Shown here one piece after another: positions 1 to 8,515 of a DNA stretch of 22,277 bases. The stretch is from a bacterium (GTDB taxonomy: Bacteria; Electryoneota; Electryoneia; Electryoneales; Electryoneaceae). The stretch spans positions 1-22,277 of the forward strand of contig JAZDLX010000124.1 in NCBI GenBank assembly GCA_043801585.1. The letters run 5' to 3'. The position numbers and the translations under genes were made by a program. The notes beneath the pieces are model-generated. The model was not told the origin of the DNA. It searched no databases and saw nothing but the letters and a program-made list of their open reading frames with translations. The stretch's first letter is position 1. Every line of letters begins with the position of its first letter.

Positions 1-72
1 GCCGCTTTTCCACAGCCCGGGCGCGGCCTCCGCGTTGTTTCGCAGATGTCATGCCAAGCAAGGGAGCAACCC

Positions 73-1623
73 ATGTCCGTCCTTCCATACAAGAACGAAC
101 CCCTGACCGATTTTACCGTACCCGCCAACCGTGAAGCCTTCGAGAAAGCCTTGGCCAAGGTGAAGAAACAGTTTGGCAAGCATTGGAACCTGCTGGTGGA
201 CGGCCGCCGTGTGCAGACCGAGAAGACCATCACCTCCTACGATCCCGCCTCCCCGAAGACCGTTGTCGGCACGGTGGGCAAGGCGTCCAAGGAGATCGCG
301 CTGAAAGCTATCGAGAGCGCCTACAAGTTCTTCACTGAAGAGTACCAGTGGTGGGATTACAAGGCTCGTGCGCGGATCCTGATGAAGACCGCCCATCTGC
401 TGCGCCAGCGCAAGCACGAGTTCTCCGCCACGATGGTCTACGAAGAGTCGAAGAACTGGGTCGAGGCCGATGGGGACACCGCCGAAGCCATCGACTTCCT
501 CGAGTTCTACGCCCGCGAGATGATACGTCTCGGCGGTCCGCAGAGAGTGGAGCCCTACGCCGGCGAGGAGAACAACCTCTATTACCTGCCGATCGGCGTC
601 GTTGTCGTGATTCCACCGTGGAACTTTCCCCTCGCGATCATGTCGGGGATGACCGTTGCCGCGCTCGTCACCGGCAACACCGTTGTGCTCAAACCGGCTT
701 CCACCGCACCGGTTGTCGCCGCGAGGTTCGTGGACCTGCTGCTCGAAGCAGGTCTGCCGAAAAAAGCGATCAACTTCGTTCCCGGTTCTGGCAGCGAAGT
801 CGGCGACACGCTGGTCGGCCATCCGTTGACCCGCATGATCGCCTTCACCGGCTCCAAGGAAGTCGGATTGCACATCCATGAACTCGCCGCGAAAATTCAG
901 CCGGGACAGAAGTGGATCAAGCGGACGATCATGGAGCTCGGCGGCAAGGACGCGCTGATCGTGGATGAAACCGCCGACCTCGACTACGCCGCGGAACAGG
1001 CCGTGATCGGCGCCTATGGATTCCAAGGTCAGAAATGCTCCGCCTGCAGCCGGTTGATCGTGACCGCCCCGGTGTACGACAGGGTGGTTAAAAAAGTCGT
1101 CGAGCGGGTCGCGAAGCTGCACGTCGCCCACCCGGAGAGCAATCCAAACCTGGGCGCGGTGATCGACGCGGCAGCATTGGCGAAGATGGTCGAATACATC
1201 AAGTTCGCGAAGAAGGATGGCAACAAATTGGAGATCGGCGGCAAAACACTGGACGGCGGAAATTTCCTCGAGCCGACCGTATTCAGCAACGTCAAGCCGA
1301 ACGACAAAATTGCCCAGGAAGAGATCTTCGGCCCGGTGCTCGCGATCATCAAAGCGAAAAATTTCGATGACGCGATCAAAATTTTCAACGGCACGGATTA
1401 CGGCCTCACCGGCGGCCTGATCAGCAGCGACCGCCAGCGCCTCGAACGTGCGCGCAAGGAATTGTTCACCGGCAACCTTTACCTGAATCGCAAAATTACA
1501 GGTGCGCTCGTCGGTGTGCAGCCCTTTGGCGGCTTCAACCTGTCCGGCACGGACAGCAAGGCGGGCGGCCAGGACTACCTGCTGCTGTTCATGCAGGCGA
1601 AGTCCGTCGCCGAACGCTGGTAG
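73..1623 (+). CDS. pruA: L-glutamate gamma-semialdehyde / 1-pyrroline-5-carboxylate dehydrogenase (ALDH family, RocA/PruA type)
   Basis: N-terminal YKNEPLTDF; ALDH motifs PPWNFP, KPAS, FTGSKEVG, MELGGK (catalytic Glu), FQGQKCSACS (catalytic Cys), EEIFGP, QPFGGFNLSGTDSKAGG. Start moved to ATG 73, which follows AGGGAG at 61-66. Confidence 0.93.
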   Translation: MSVLPYKNEPLTDFTVPANREAFEKALAKVKKQFGKHWNLLVDGRRVQTEKTITSYDPASPKTVVGTVGKASKEIALKAIESAYKFFTEEYQWWDYKARARILMKTAHLLRQRKHEFSATMVYEESKNWVEADGDTAEAIDFLEFYAREMIRLGGPQRVEPYAGEENNLYYLPIGVVVVIPPWNFPLAIMSGMTVAALVTGNTVVLKPASTAPVVAARFVDLLLEAGLPKKAINFVPGSGSEVGDTLVGHPLTRMIAFTGSKEVGLHIHELAAKIQPGQKWIKRTIMELGGKDALIVDETADLDYAAEQAVIGAYGFQGQKCSACSRLIVTAPVYDRVVKKVVERVAKLHVAHPESNPNLGAVIDAAALAKMVEYIKFAKKDGNKLEIGGKTLDGGNFLEPTVFSNVKPNDKIAQEEIFGPVLAIIKAKNFDDAIKIFNGTDYGLTGGLISSDRQRLERARKELFTGNLYLNRKITGALVGVQPFGGFNLSGTDSKAGGQDYLLLFMQAKSVAERW

Positions 1624-1647
1624 GGACGGAGGCGCCCCATCAATCGC

Positions 1648-1689
1648 ATGAAACCCGATCCCGAACGGTCGGGATCGGGCCACCCATCG
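1648..1689. repeat. REP-like palindromic element, type A (ATGAAA-CCC-hairpin-GGG-CCACCCAT)
   Basis: atgaaa CCCGATCCCGA acgg TCGGGATCGGG ccacccatcg: perfect 11-bp stem. The same flanks occur at 13210-13245 (reverse) and 13438-13503. Confidence 0.8.
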
Positions 1690-1828
1690 CGCAAGGCTTC
1701 GCACAGCCGCGAATCACCGCGGCCTGTGTGTCACCCAAGAATATGCGGCGCGGAAAAACAAAGTCCGATGTCGTGAGATGGCTGGAATAATGGCTGCGTC
1801 ATTCACGCGGGGGGAAATGTAACCTTGG

Positions 1829-1863
1829 AAAAGCCCGGCGGATCCAATCCGCCGGGCTTTTTT
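1829..1863 (+). terminator. Rho-independent terminator, possibly bidirectional
   Basis: aaaa GCCCGGCGGAT cca ATCCGCCGGGC tttttt. Confidence 0.85.
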
Positions 1864-2138
1864 ATTGCCCTCTGTGATGGAAAGTAAACCGAGCGTCACC
1901 ACATCACAGACCTTTTGATCGGTCAGTCGAACCGTGAGCCGCTTTCGGGACCTGTCCACCACTTGTTGTTTTCTGCTGCGACCTCACCTAAGTTTGCCAA
2001 ACGTATCGATATGAATCTTGCCGACGGGTGGGAATACCGATTTTCCTGTTCTTCGAACGGGCAATTGGAGCTCGAAGGCTGTTCCGTGGACATCTCAAGG
2101 TCGCCGCTGAACCGGCGAGAATGGGGCGGGTTGATCTG

Positions 2139-2876
2139 ATGAAGATTTCGAGGTTCAGGCCACTGGCACGAATGTTCTTTCCTTCCGTTTTTTTCGCAAT
2201 TCTAACATTCGGTTGTTGCACGGATTGTTTTCTGGAGGATCCATTCGAAAGCACGCCCTTTTACGACGCCGGTCGCTACTTCCCGCTCCAATTGAACAAC
2301 CGGTGGATTTACAGTATCGATGGACAGTTGAATAAGGAAATACGGGTGAATATTGCGGACACACTGATCTGGCGGAGCGACACACTCTACCAGTTCAACA
2401 CTTCCCTGTACGGAGTCGATGAAAGACCTGAGTTCAGCCGATTTTCAGGTCTTTTTCGTACTTCGTCGGACACTCTCCTCTGGACCACGCGTGCGTACCT
2501 CGACTATATCATCAATCCGCTCCAGTCACCCTATGCCAATTACCGGCTGCTCAATCCACTTCGTGTGGGGGACACACTTTCCTTCGTGTTCGATACGGTG
2601 TACGGTCATGAGCCGAATTGGGGAAACTACAATTGGGTCATCATGGATGCTAACTCAACTGTTGTCACAGGATATGGAACATTTACCAAGTGCCTTCACC
2701 TTCAATACTGGTTACACTATTTCATGGACGGAAATGACTACCTGCTTGCCGAGGAGTATTACGCACCTGATACAGGACTTGTCCATTTCATCGAGCATCC
2801 CTACTCCTATGCACCGGGTGACCTGGGGGACATCGTTGTCACCTACGATCTTCACGACCTGCAACTCAATCCATAA
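2139..2876 (+). CDS. Hypothetical exported protein, probable lipoprotein
   Basis: Basic N-terminus, hydrophobic stretch and lipobox-like LTFGC; beta-rich body with YFPL..N.W.Y and GTF..C...YYAP..GLV motifs. Start uncertain (2139 chosen; 2172 possible). Confidence 0.7.
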   Translation: MKISRFRPLARMFFPSVFFAILTFGCCTDCFLEDPFESTPFYDAGRYFPLQLNNRWIYSIDGQLNKEIRVNIADTLIWRSDTLYQFNTSLYGVDERPEFSRFSGLFRTSSDTLLWTTRAYLDYIINPLQSPYANYRLLNPLRVGDTLSFVFDTVYGHEPNWGNYNWVIMDANSTVVTGYGTFTKCLHLQYWLHYFMDGNDYLLAEEYYAPDTGLVHFIEHPYSYAPGDLGDIVVTYDLHDLQLNP

Positions 2877-2895
2877 GAACAGATGATGAAAACAA

Positions 2896-2925
2896 ATGGA
2901 GTGAACGAATGTGCGTTCACTCCAT
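2896..2925 (-). terminator. Hairpin terminator between convergent genes
   Basis: ATGGAGTGAACG aatgtg CGTTCACTCCAT, a perfect 12-bp stem; on the - strand it is followed by TTGTTTT. Confidence 0.7.
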
Positions 2926-2960
2926 GACGTTCCCGATTGACCAACTCCTGAAATCCGAGA

Positions 2961-3788
2961 TCAACCCTCCTTGGCCATCGTTGCGCGAGAATACAGAACG
3001 CTGAATCCCATGCGCTCCGCGTTGCGCTGGCTTGCCGATCCCGGGTCGCAGGAATAGGTGGCAAGGGTTTCCCCCTCCCCGGCTGCGACTTTCAACCGGT
3101 GGGAAATCAGAGCATGGTGCACTCCCCGTCTGCGAAACTCCGGCAGCACGCTTGCGGCGATGATATTGACGAACCCCTTGCGCAGCATCAGGCTTGCGGC
3201 TCCCGCCCGTTTCCCCTCGTGGAATGCCGTATAGCAGCGAACATAGGGGAGTTCGGCAAACCCGCGGTGGATGATGTACTCCTGGCTGGGCGTGTGACCC
3301 AATTCGTCGCCGAACCCCTCGGTGATCAACCTCGCCCATTCGTCCGGATCCTCCGCCTCGCGAATCTCAATTCCGGGAGGAGCCTGCCACGCTGCGTCAT
3401 CCGGCGTCAACGGTCGTCCCATCATCTGCTGCCAGTCTGCGATGTGCCAACCCCGGCGTCCAAGGTTCCGGGCAAATTCCCTGTTGTGGAACGGAGTCAA
3501 CCACGCACGGGGAGTAAATCCACGGTCCATGAATTGTAGTTCGACTTCCGCGATTTCCTCCTCACTCACCGGCCCGGAAAGACCCCAGCCAATCACCTTG
3601 CTCCATGCCGGCATCGCGGAATGAAGCACGATCCGTCCACCGTCGCGGAGTTCAATCATCTCGGGGGGTGAACTGTTTTTCAGGAAATTCGCAGGCGCCT
3701 TTGCGTAATCAGCGGCAATTTCCGCGGAGGTTCGCTCGATGAATACGGCAAGATCGCCGGGTGATTCGTGTGCGTTCGATGTCGCCAT
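2961..3788 (-). CDS. GNAT family N-acetyltransferase
   Basis: C-terminal acetyl-CoA motif A SVLPEFRRRGVHHALI and motif B SASQRNAERMGF; ATG 3788 follows GAAGGGA. Confidence 0.85.
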   Translation of the reverse strand: MATSNAHESPGDLAVFIERTSAEIAADYAKAPANFLKNSSPPEMIELRDGGRIVLHSAMPAWSKVIGWGLSGPVSEEEIAEVELQFMDRGFTPRAWLTPFHNREFARNLGRRGWHIADWQQMMGRPLTPDDAAWQAPPGIEIREAEDPDEWARLITEGFGDELGHTPSQEYIIHRGFAELPYVRCYTAFHEGKRAGAASLMLRKGFVNIIAASVLPEFRRRGVHHALISHRLKVAAGEGETLATYSCDPGSASQRNAERMGFSVLYSRATMAKEG

Positions 3789-4096
3789 GGGAGATGTCCC
3801 TTCGTGACTCAGGCTGCTCTGAATATACGCGCACGGGTATCCGCCGGGAAAATCGTCCAGTCGAACCCGACGGAAGCTATCTCCTTGCATTTACAGTAAA
3901 TGAAAGCAACTTGAGGCGTTCCGATGTGGACTTGTCACTCTCGCGAGCAACAGAGAGGATGCGCAGGCGAGCATCTTCTTTGTTCACGGTTTTGCCCCCG
4001 CTCTGGAACCGTCGAAAGGCCATCAGACTTGGTGAAAGGCCATTCTCGCCGTAGCTTTCCCCGACCGGAACCGGTACCGATGAACCACGAGAGGAC

Positions 4097-5020
4097 GTGA
4101 GCAGATCGACTACATCATCCGACCGGCGCGCTGCGCAACGTGTTACCCTCACCGGAGCGCTATCCAACGTGTGTCTCGCGCTGGTCAAAGCCGTTGGGGG
4201 GCTTCTGCTGAACAGCAAAGCGCTCCTCGCGGATGCTGTGGACTCGACCGCCGATCTCGTCAGTGACGTAATCACCCTTATTGCTGTTCGAGTTGCTCGA
4301 AAACCGATCGACGAGAATCATCCCTACGGTTACGGACGTGTCGAATCGCTGGCTTCCCTGTTGATTGGCGGTTTGCTTGTTCTCGTCGCGACGCTCTTTG
4401 CAATCAACGCCGTTCGGTCTGTGATCCATGGTCACCGACACGAGGTAGGCGCGGCGGGTATGGTGATCGCAGGCATTGCCGTCATCGCGAAGGAAGCGCT
4501 TTTCCACTGGACTCTACGGATTGGGAAGCAAATACGATCACGAGTTGTCGAGTCCAACGCGTGGCACCACCGCAGCGATGCCCTCTCCTCGGTATCCGTA
4601 TTCATCGGCCTTGGGCTCGGTGTGATTGTTCCGGGCGCGGACAGTTTTGACGCGCTGGCCAGCCTTGTTGTAACCGTGTTCATTGCGAGGACAGGGCTTC
4701 GCATCGCCATCGGTTCGATGCACGACCTTGTGGATACAGAGCAGGACCCGGACCTCCTGACGGACCTGGAACGAATCGCCATGTCCGTGCCGGATGTCGT
4801 CAATACGCATCGCGTGCGCACCCGGCGGTACGGTCCCCACACCTGGGTCGATCTCGATATCGAGGTGGACCCGGACATGCCTGTGGCGCAAGGCCATCTC
4901 GTTGCCCATGAAGTGAAAGAACGCATTCTTGAAGAGATTCAATATGTTGCTGACGTTCTCGTCCACGTGGAACCGGAGGGTTCGCACCTTCACGGCGAAG
5001 GCACAGTGCGTGGGATGTGA
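4097..5020 (+). CDS. Cation diffusion facilitator (FieF/YiiP-like Fe/Zn transporter)
   Basis: SKALLADAVDSTAD (TM2 DxxxD), HPYGYGRVE, HHRSD (TM5 HxxxD), C-terminal dimerisation domain ending VLVHVEP; GTG start directly after GAGAGGAC. Confidence 0.92.
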   Translation: MSRSTTSSDRRAAQRVTLTGALSNVCLALVKAVGGLLLNSKALLADAVDSTADLVSDVITLIAVRVARKPIDENHPYGYGRVESLASLLIGGLLVLVATLFAINAVRSVIHGHRHEVGAAGMVIAGIAVIAKEALFHWTLRIGKQIRSRVVESNAWHHRSDALSSVSVFIGLGLGVIVPGADSFDALASLVVTVFIARTGLRIAIGSMHDLVDTEQDPDLLTDLERIAMSVPDVVNTHRVRTRRYGPHTWVDLDIEVDPDMPVAQGHLVAHEVKERILEEIQYVADVLVHVEPEGSHLHGEGTVRGM

Positions 5021-5033
5021 CAGGAGATAGACG

Positions 5034-5906
5034 ATGAGCGAGTCGAAGCACGACGCCACTGACGACACACACCCTGTCCCGCCGCAGGGAGACGGCACCC
5101 TCGGCAGCGAAGTCGAGGCGCTCGCAGAATTGATGCGTATCCTTCGCTCGCCGAACGGTTGCGCCTGGGATGCGGAGCAGACCCACCGAACCTTGCGTCC
5201 CTACCTGATCGAAGAAACCTACGAGGTCCTCGAGAAACTGGATTCCGGTGACATGGAGGGATTGCGCGAGGAACTCGGCGACCTTCTGCTCCAGATCGTG
5301 TACCACACCGCACTTTCCGAGGAGGAAAATCTTTTCACCTTCACGGAGGTCGCGAAGGGAATTCGAGAGAAGATGATCCGGCGTCACCCTCATGTCTTCG
5401 GCGACGTGGAAGCCCATGATTCCGAGGCGGCGCTGCGCTCCTGGGAGAAGATCAAACTCGCGGACAAGGAGGAAGATGGCGACGTCCGCAAGGAGAACGG
5501 CACCCTCTCGGGAGTCCCGAAAGTACTGCCCTCTCTGACCCGGGCCCACCGTGTGCAGGAGAAAATGGCGGGGGTCGGCTTCGACTGGCCAAGTGCGGAA
5601 GGCGCACTGGACAAACTCGATGAAGAGGTGCTCGAGGCGCGGGAGGCGATCCTCTCGGGCGATCCGGAGCGCGCAGAAGAGGAGATCGGCGACTTGCTGT
5701 TCAGCGTCGTGAACGCCGCACGTCTCGCCGGATTTTCCGCGGAGGAGTCGCTCCGCCGCAGCACAGAAAAAGTCATCCTGCGTTTTCGCGAACTCGAGAA
5801 TCTCGTGAAGGCCGACGGGCACAAACTCGGCGAGCTGTCGCTTGAAGTGCTTGATGACTACTGGGAAAAGGCTAAAATCAGGGAAAAACGCGGGGCTGGT
5901 GCGTGA
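5034..5906 (+). CDS. mazG: Nucleoside triphosphate pyrophosphohydrolase MazG (two-domain)
   Basis: LRSPNGCAWDAEQTH, IEETYE, EELGDLLLQ, RRHPHVF, GFDW, EEIGDLLF, LDDYWEKAK; RBS GGAGA. Confidence 0.95.
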   Translation: MSESKHDATDDTHPVPPQGDGTLGSEVEALAELMRILRSPNGCAWDAEQTHRTLRPYLIEETYEVLEKLDSGDMEGLREELGDLLLQIVYHTALSEEENLFTFTEVAKGIREKMIRRHPHVFGDVEAHDSEAALRSWEKIKLADKEEDGDVRKENGTLSGVPKVLPSLTRAHRVQEKMAGVGFDWPSAEGALDKLDEEVLEAREAILSGDPERAEEEIGDLLFSVVNAARLAGFSAEESLRRSTEKVILRFRELENLVKADGHKLGELSLEVLDDYWEKAKIREKRGAGA

Positions 5907-6913
5907 ACGTCGTCTGGATATTCCTTGACGGCGTGGGGCTCGGCGTGGACGACCCGGAGGTCAATCCGTGGGCGTCAGTCATTGACCCAACACTCATCGC
6001 CGTGGCGAACCGGGGACCGTCCTGGCCCGGCGCGGTGATGAAACCCCTTGACGCCACACTCGGTATTACCGGCCTGCCTCAATCCGCGACCGGAACAACA
6101 GCGATGCTGACCGGTATCAACGCACCACAGAAAATCGGACGTCACCTTTCCGGATTTCCCACGCCAGCCCTGCAAGCCATCATCCACGAACATTCGGTTC
6201 ACAAACAGGCGATTGAGCGGGGGCTGAAACCGACGTTTGCCAATGCTTACAACGAGGCTTATTTCAAACGTCCGAAACGGCGAGAATCGGTGACCACACA
6301 CGCCGTCCACGCGGCGGAAAGGTTGGGAATGCGATTCCGGATGATGGACGACTACCGGAACGGCCTTGCGGTATTCCATGACCTCACAGGTGAATTAATC
6401 CGGATTCAGGGCAACGGAGACCGTCTGACCGCTCCGGCCAACAAGCAGGTGGTGTTCAAGCGATTCGTCCGCGATCCGAAAGCGTTCCGGGAGATGGTCG
6501 CCCAGTGGGAAATCGAGGTGATCGATCCAGTCGAAGCGGGCCATCGTATCGCGAGACTGGCGCCCGAGCATGACCTGGTACTTTTTGAATACGTGAAGAC
6601 AGACATGATGGGGCATGATTGCGACCCTGGCTGGGCGACAGACGTGGTGAATGAAGTGATGCTGTTCCTGAGGGCCTTGCTCGACGATCTTGACACTTCG
6701 CGTGACACTCTGCTGATCTCATCAGACCACGGCAACAGCGAAGACATCACGGTGAAAACTCACACTCTGAATCCTGTTCCCGCAGTTGCACTGGGTCCAC
6801 TCGCGCATCAGATTCTTGACCGGTGCAATTCCATCCTGGACATCACTCCTGCACTTCTGGATACACTCGACAATCATCGTAAACAGGGCCAATCTTTGAA
6901 TACCGGGAACTGA
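5903..6913 (+). CDS. Alkaline-phosphatase-superfamily metalloenzyme (phosphoglycerate mutase / phosphopentomutase-like)
   Basis: FLDGVGLG, PQSATG (nucleophile Ser), DMMGH, SSDHGN, HTLNPVP metal-ligand motifs; GTGA overlap with the mazG stop. Confidence 0.85.
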   Translation: MNVVWIFLDGVGLGVDDPEVNPWASVIDPTLIAVANRGPSWPGAVMKPLDATLGITGLPQSATGTTAMLTGINAPQKIGRHLSGFPTPALQAIIHEHSVHKQAIERGLKPTFANAYNEAYFKRPKRRESVTTHAVHAAERLGMRFRMMDDYRNGLAVFHDLTGELIRIQGNGDRLTAPANKQVVFKRFVRDPKAFREMVAQWEIEVIDPVEAGHRIARLAPEHDLVLFEYVKTDMMGHDCDPGWATDVVNEVMLFLRALLDDLDTSRDTLLISSDHGNSEDITVKTHTLNPVPAVALGPLAHQILDRCNSILDITPALLDTLDNHRKQGQSLNTGN

Positions 6914-6934
6914 CCCTGGGCGCCTGCCACATAC

Positions 6935-6958
6935 AAAAGGCCCTCCATCCGGAAGGCC
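6935..6958 (-). terminator. Probable terminator of the MerR-family gene
   Basis: Minus strand GGCCTTCC ggat GGAGGGCC TTTT (one G-U pair). Confidence 0.55.
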
Positions 6959-7021
6959 CTTGCCGGGTAACGCCGCTGAACCAGACGGCGGGTTTTAAGC
7001 CCCCACAGTGAATCTGATTTT

Positions 7022-7546
7022 TCAGTTCAGCCCATCATCTTGCAACAGGTTCTCGTTGAACGCAGGCCGGTTGGCGTTGTGCACGAGAAATTTCAACTGT
7101 CCAGTACAGCGTGTCGCCAATCGATAAACGCCGCATTGACGGCATTCCATCGTCTTTTCAGGTGTCAGATCACGGTGAACCATCCAGCAAGGACGGTTCA
7201 TATCGCTGAGTTCGGGGCAATGCCGCTGCTCGTTCGTCGTACACCCTCTGCATTCCCAGCAGGGGAGCAACGCCCAGAGACGACGGATTCCCTCGAGGTT
7301 GAGCCCTTCCTTCTTGATCAACTTCTGAATCCAGCGAATGCGGGTCAGATCCTCGTGCGATAGCACCCGAACGTTTCCTGAACTGCGGTGGTACAGAATC
7401 AACCCCGCTGCTTCGTATTTTCGCAGCGCCGATTCGCTGAGTCCTGTCGCCCTTGCCGCCTCCCCGATAGTCATCACCGGTTCTGTCAGCATATCGGGAG
7501 GAGTCGGATTATGTTCCTCCATCCAGCGTTTCAGCTCGCGCCTCAT
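7022..7546 (-). CDS. MerR-family (HspR-like) transcriptional regulator with Cys-rich two-CW-type C-terminal domain
   Basis: MTIGEAARATGLSESALRKYEAAGLI...R..GNVR.LS is a MerR HTH; EGLNLEGI; then PCWECRGC...HCP...PCW...CRQCGVY. ATG 7546 follows GGGGGGAA; the next Met (MEEHNP) is an alternative start. Confidence 0.88.
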   Translation of the reverse strand: MRRELKRWMEEHNPTPPDMLTEPVMTIGEAARATGLSESALRKYEAAGLILYHRSSGNVRVLSHEDLTRIRWIQKLIKKEGLNLEGIRRLWALLPCWECRGCTTNEQRHCPELSDMNRPCWMVHRDLTPEKTMECRQCGVYRLATRCTGQLKFLVHNANRPAFNENLLQDDGLN

Positions 7547-7816
7547 ATTTCCCCCCAGAACGCACGATTCTTCACATGTCCGCCGAAGTCTTCCCAATTC
7601 CTCGTGTACATATAAAAAACATAAGTATTGGACCCCAGGAAGATGCAGACTGTGCACTAGAATATGACAATCCCTGCACTTGGAAATCAAGCTGCAAGAG
7701 GCGTAAATCTTGAGAAATCTTGGGTTTAGGAACCCCTAACGGGGATTATCACATGCAAACGTTCGTTCCGTAAGAATTTAGAAAACATCGAATTCTTAGA
7801 CTCCTGGAGGCAGTTT

Positions 7817-8515
7817 CTATGTAACGTCTTGTTTGGAAAGAAGTTCCGCCGGAAGCCACCGCTTTGAAAGGTAGATGAACGGAGTGTCCAAGGCTGCTAC
7901 AATGACTTTTAGTAGGTAAGTACTTGCAAAAATCTGGATGACGGTATTCAGCGGAAATACACCGAGAAATGCAATACTCGAAAAAACAGCGCTGTCGATA
8001 AGCTGACTCACCCAGGTGGAGGCGTTGTTGCGCAGCCACAGGTGACGGCCTTGAGTGCGACGCATCCACATGTGGTAGGCGAAAACGTCATGTGTCTGCG
8101 AAATCAGGTAGGCAATCAGGGACGCCGCAACAATGCGTGGGGTGAGCGCAAACAGTCTGCGCATTGGCTCGTCCGCGAAATCATCGCCGCTCGGGATGAA
8201 CAGGATGAACACCTGGGTTGCCACAAGGAAAGTAAACGCCGCAAACCAGCCAAACCAGACAGCTTTTTGAGCCTCTTTCTTTCCCCAGTATTCGCTGATC
8301 AAATCCGTGGCGAGGAACAACGCTCCATAGAGCGAATTTCCCCCGGTAGCCGCGATACCGAACAGAGTGATCTGTTTGACGACGAAGATATTGGCGAGAA
8401 TGATATAGATAGCGAGGACTCCATACACACCAGCCCTCCCGAAGAAACGGAAGGCTCCCAGCACACCGGCGATGACGACCAGCGTCCAACCGAAAAAGAG
8501 CAGTGCATTGATCAC
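7817..8515 (-). CDS. yhhQ: Queuosine precursor (preQ0/preQ1) transporter, YhhQ/VUT family
   Basis: ANIFVVK, FLATDLISEYWG, RIVAASLIAYLISQTHD, LWLRNNASTWVSQLIDS, KVIVAALDTPFIY; GTG start after GGAGGA, overlapping the upstream stop. Confidence 0.92.
   Translation of the reverse strand: MINALLFFGWTLVVIAGVLGAFRFFGRAGVYGVLAIYIILANIFVVKQITLFGIAATGGNSLYGALFLATDLISEYWGKKEAQKAVWFGWFAAFTFLVATQVFILFIPSGDDFADEPMRRLFALTPRIVAASLIAYLISQTHDVFAYHMWMRRTQGRHLWLRNNASTWVSQLIDSAVFSSIAFLGVFPLNTVIQIFASTYLLKVIVAALDTPFIYLSKRWLPAELLSKQDVT

Noticed and set aside
49..1704. 551-aa ORF on the minus strand
   Set aside because: Antisense shadow of pruA with no recognisable motifs; expected in GC-rich coding DNA.
1750..2005. 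c-di-GMP-like fragments (GGAA...TGTAACC on +, GGCAAAC on -) and the 16S-like word GTCGTGAGATG
   Set aside because: The remaining conserved nucleotides and stems are missing; the matches are short enough to be chance.
5034..5906. MazG as part of an anti-phage or toxin-antitoxin system
   Set aside because: It is the ordinary two-domain housekeeping form, with no mazEF or defence genes nearby.
7547..7816. HspR HAIR operator or MerR-type promoter upstream of the regulator
   Set aside because: No CTTGAGT-N7-ACTCAAG. Only a weak TTGATT...CATATT candidate and a short AAATCTTG direct repeat, too weak to call.
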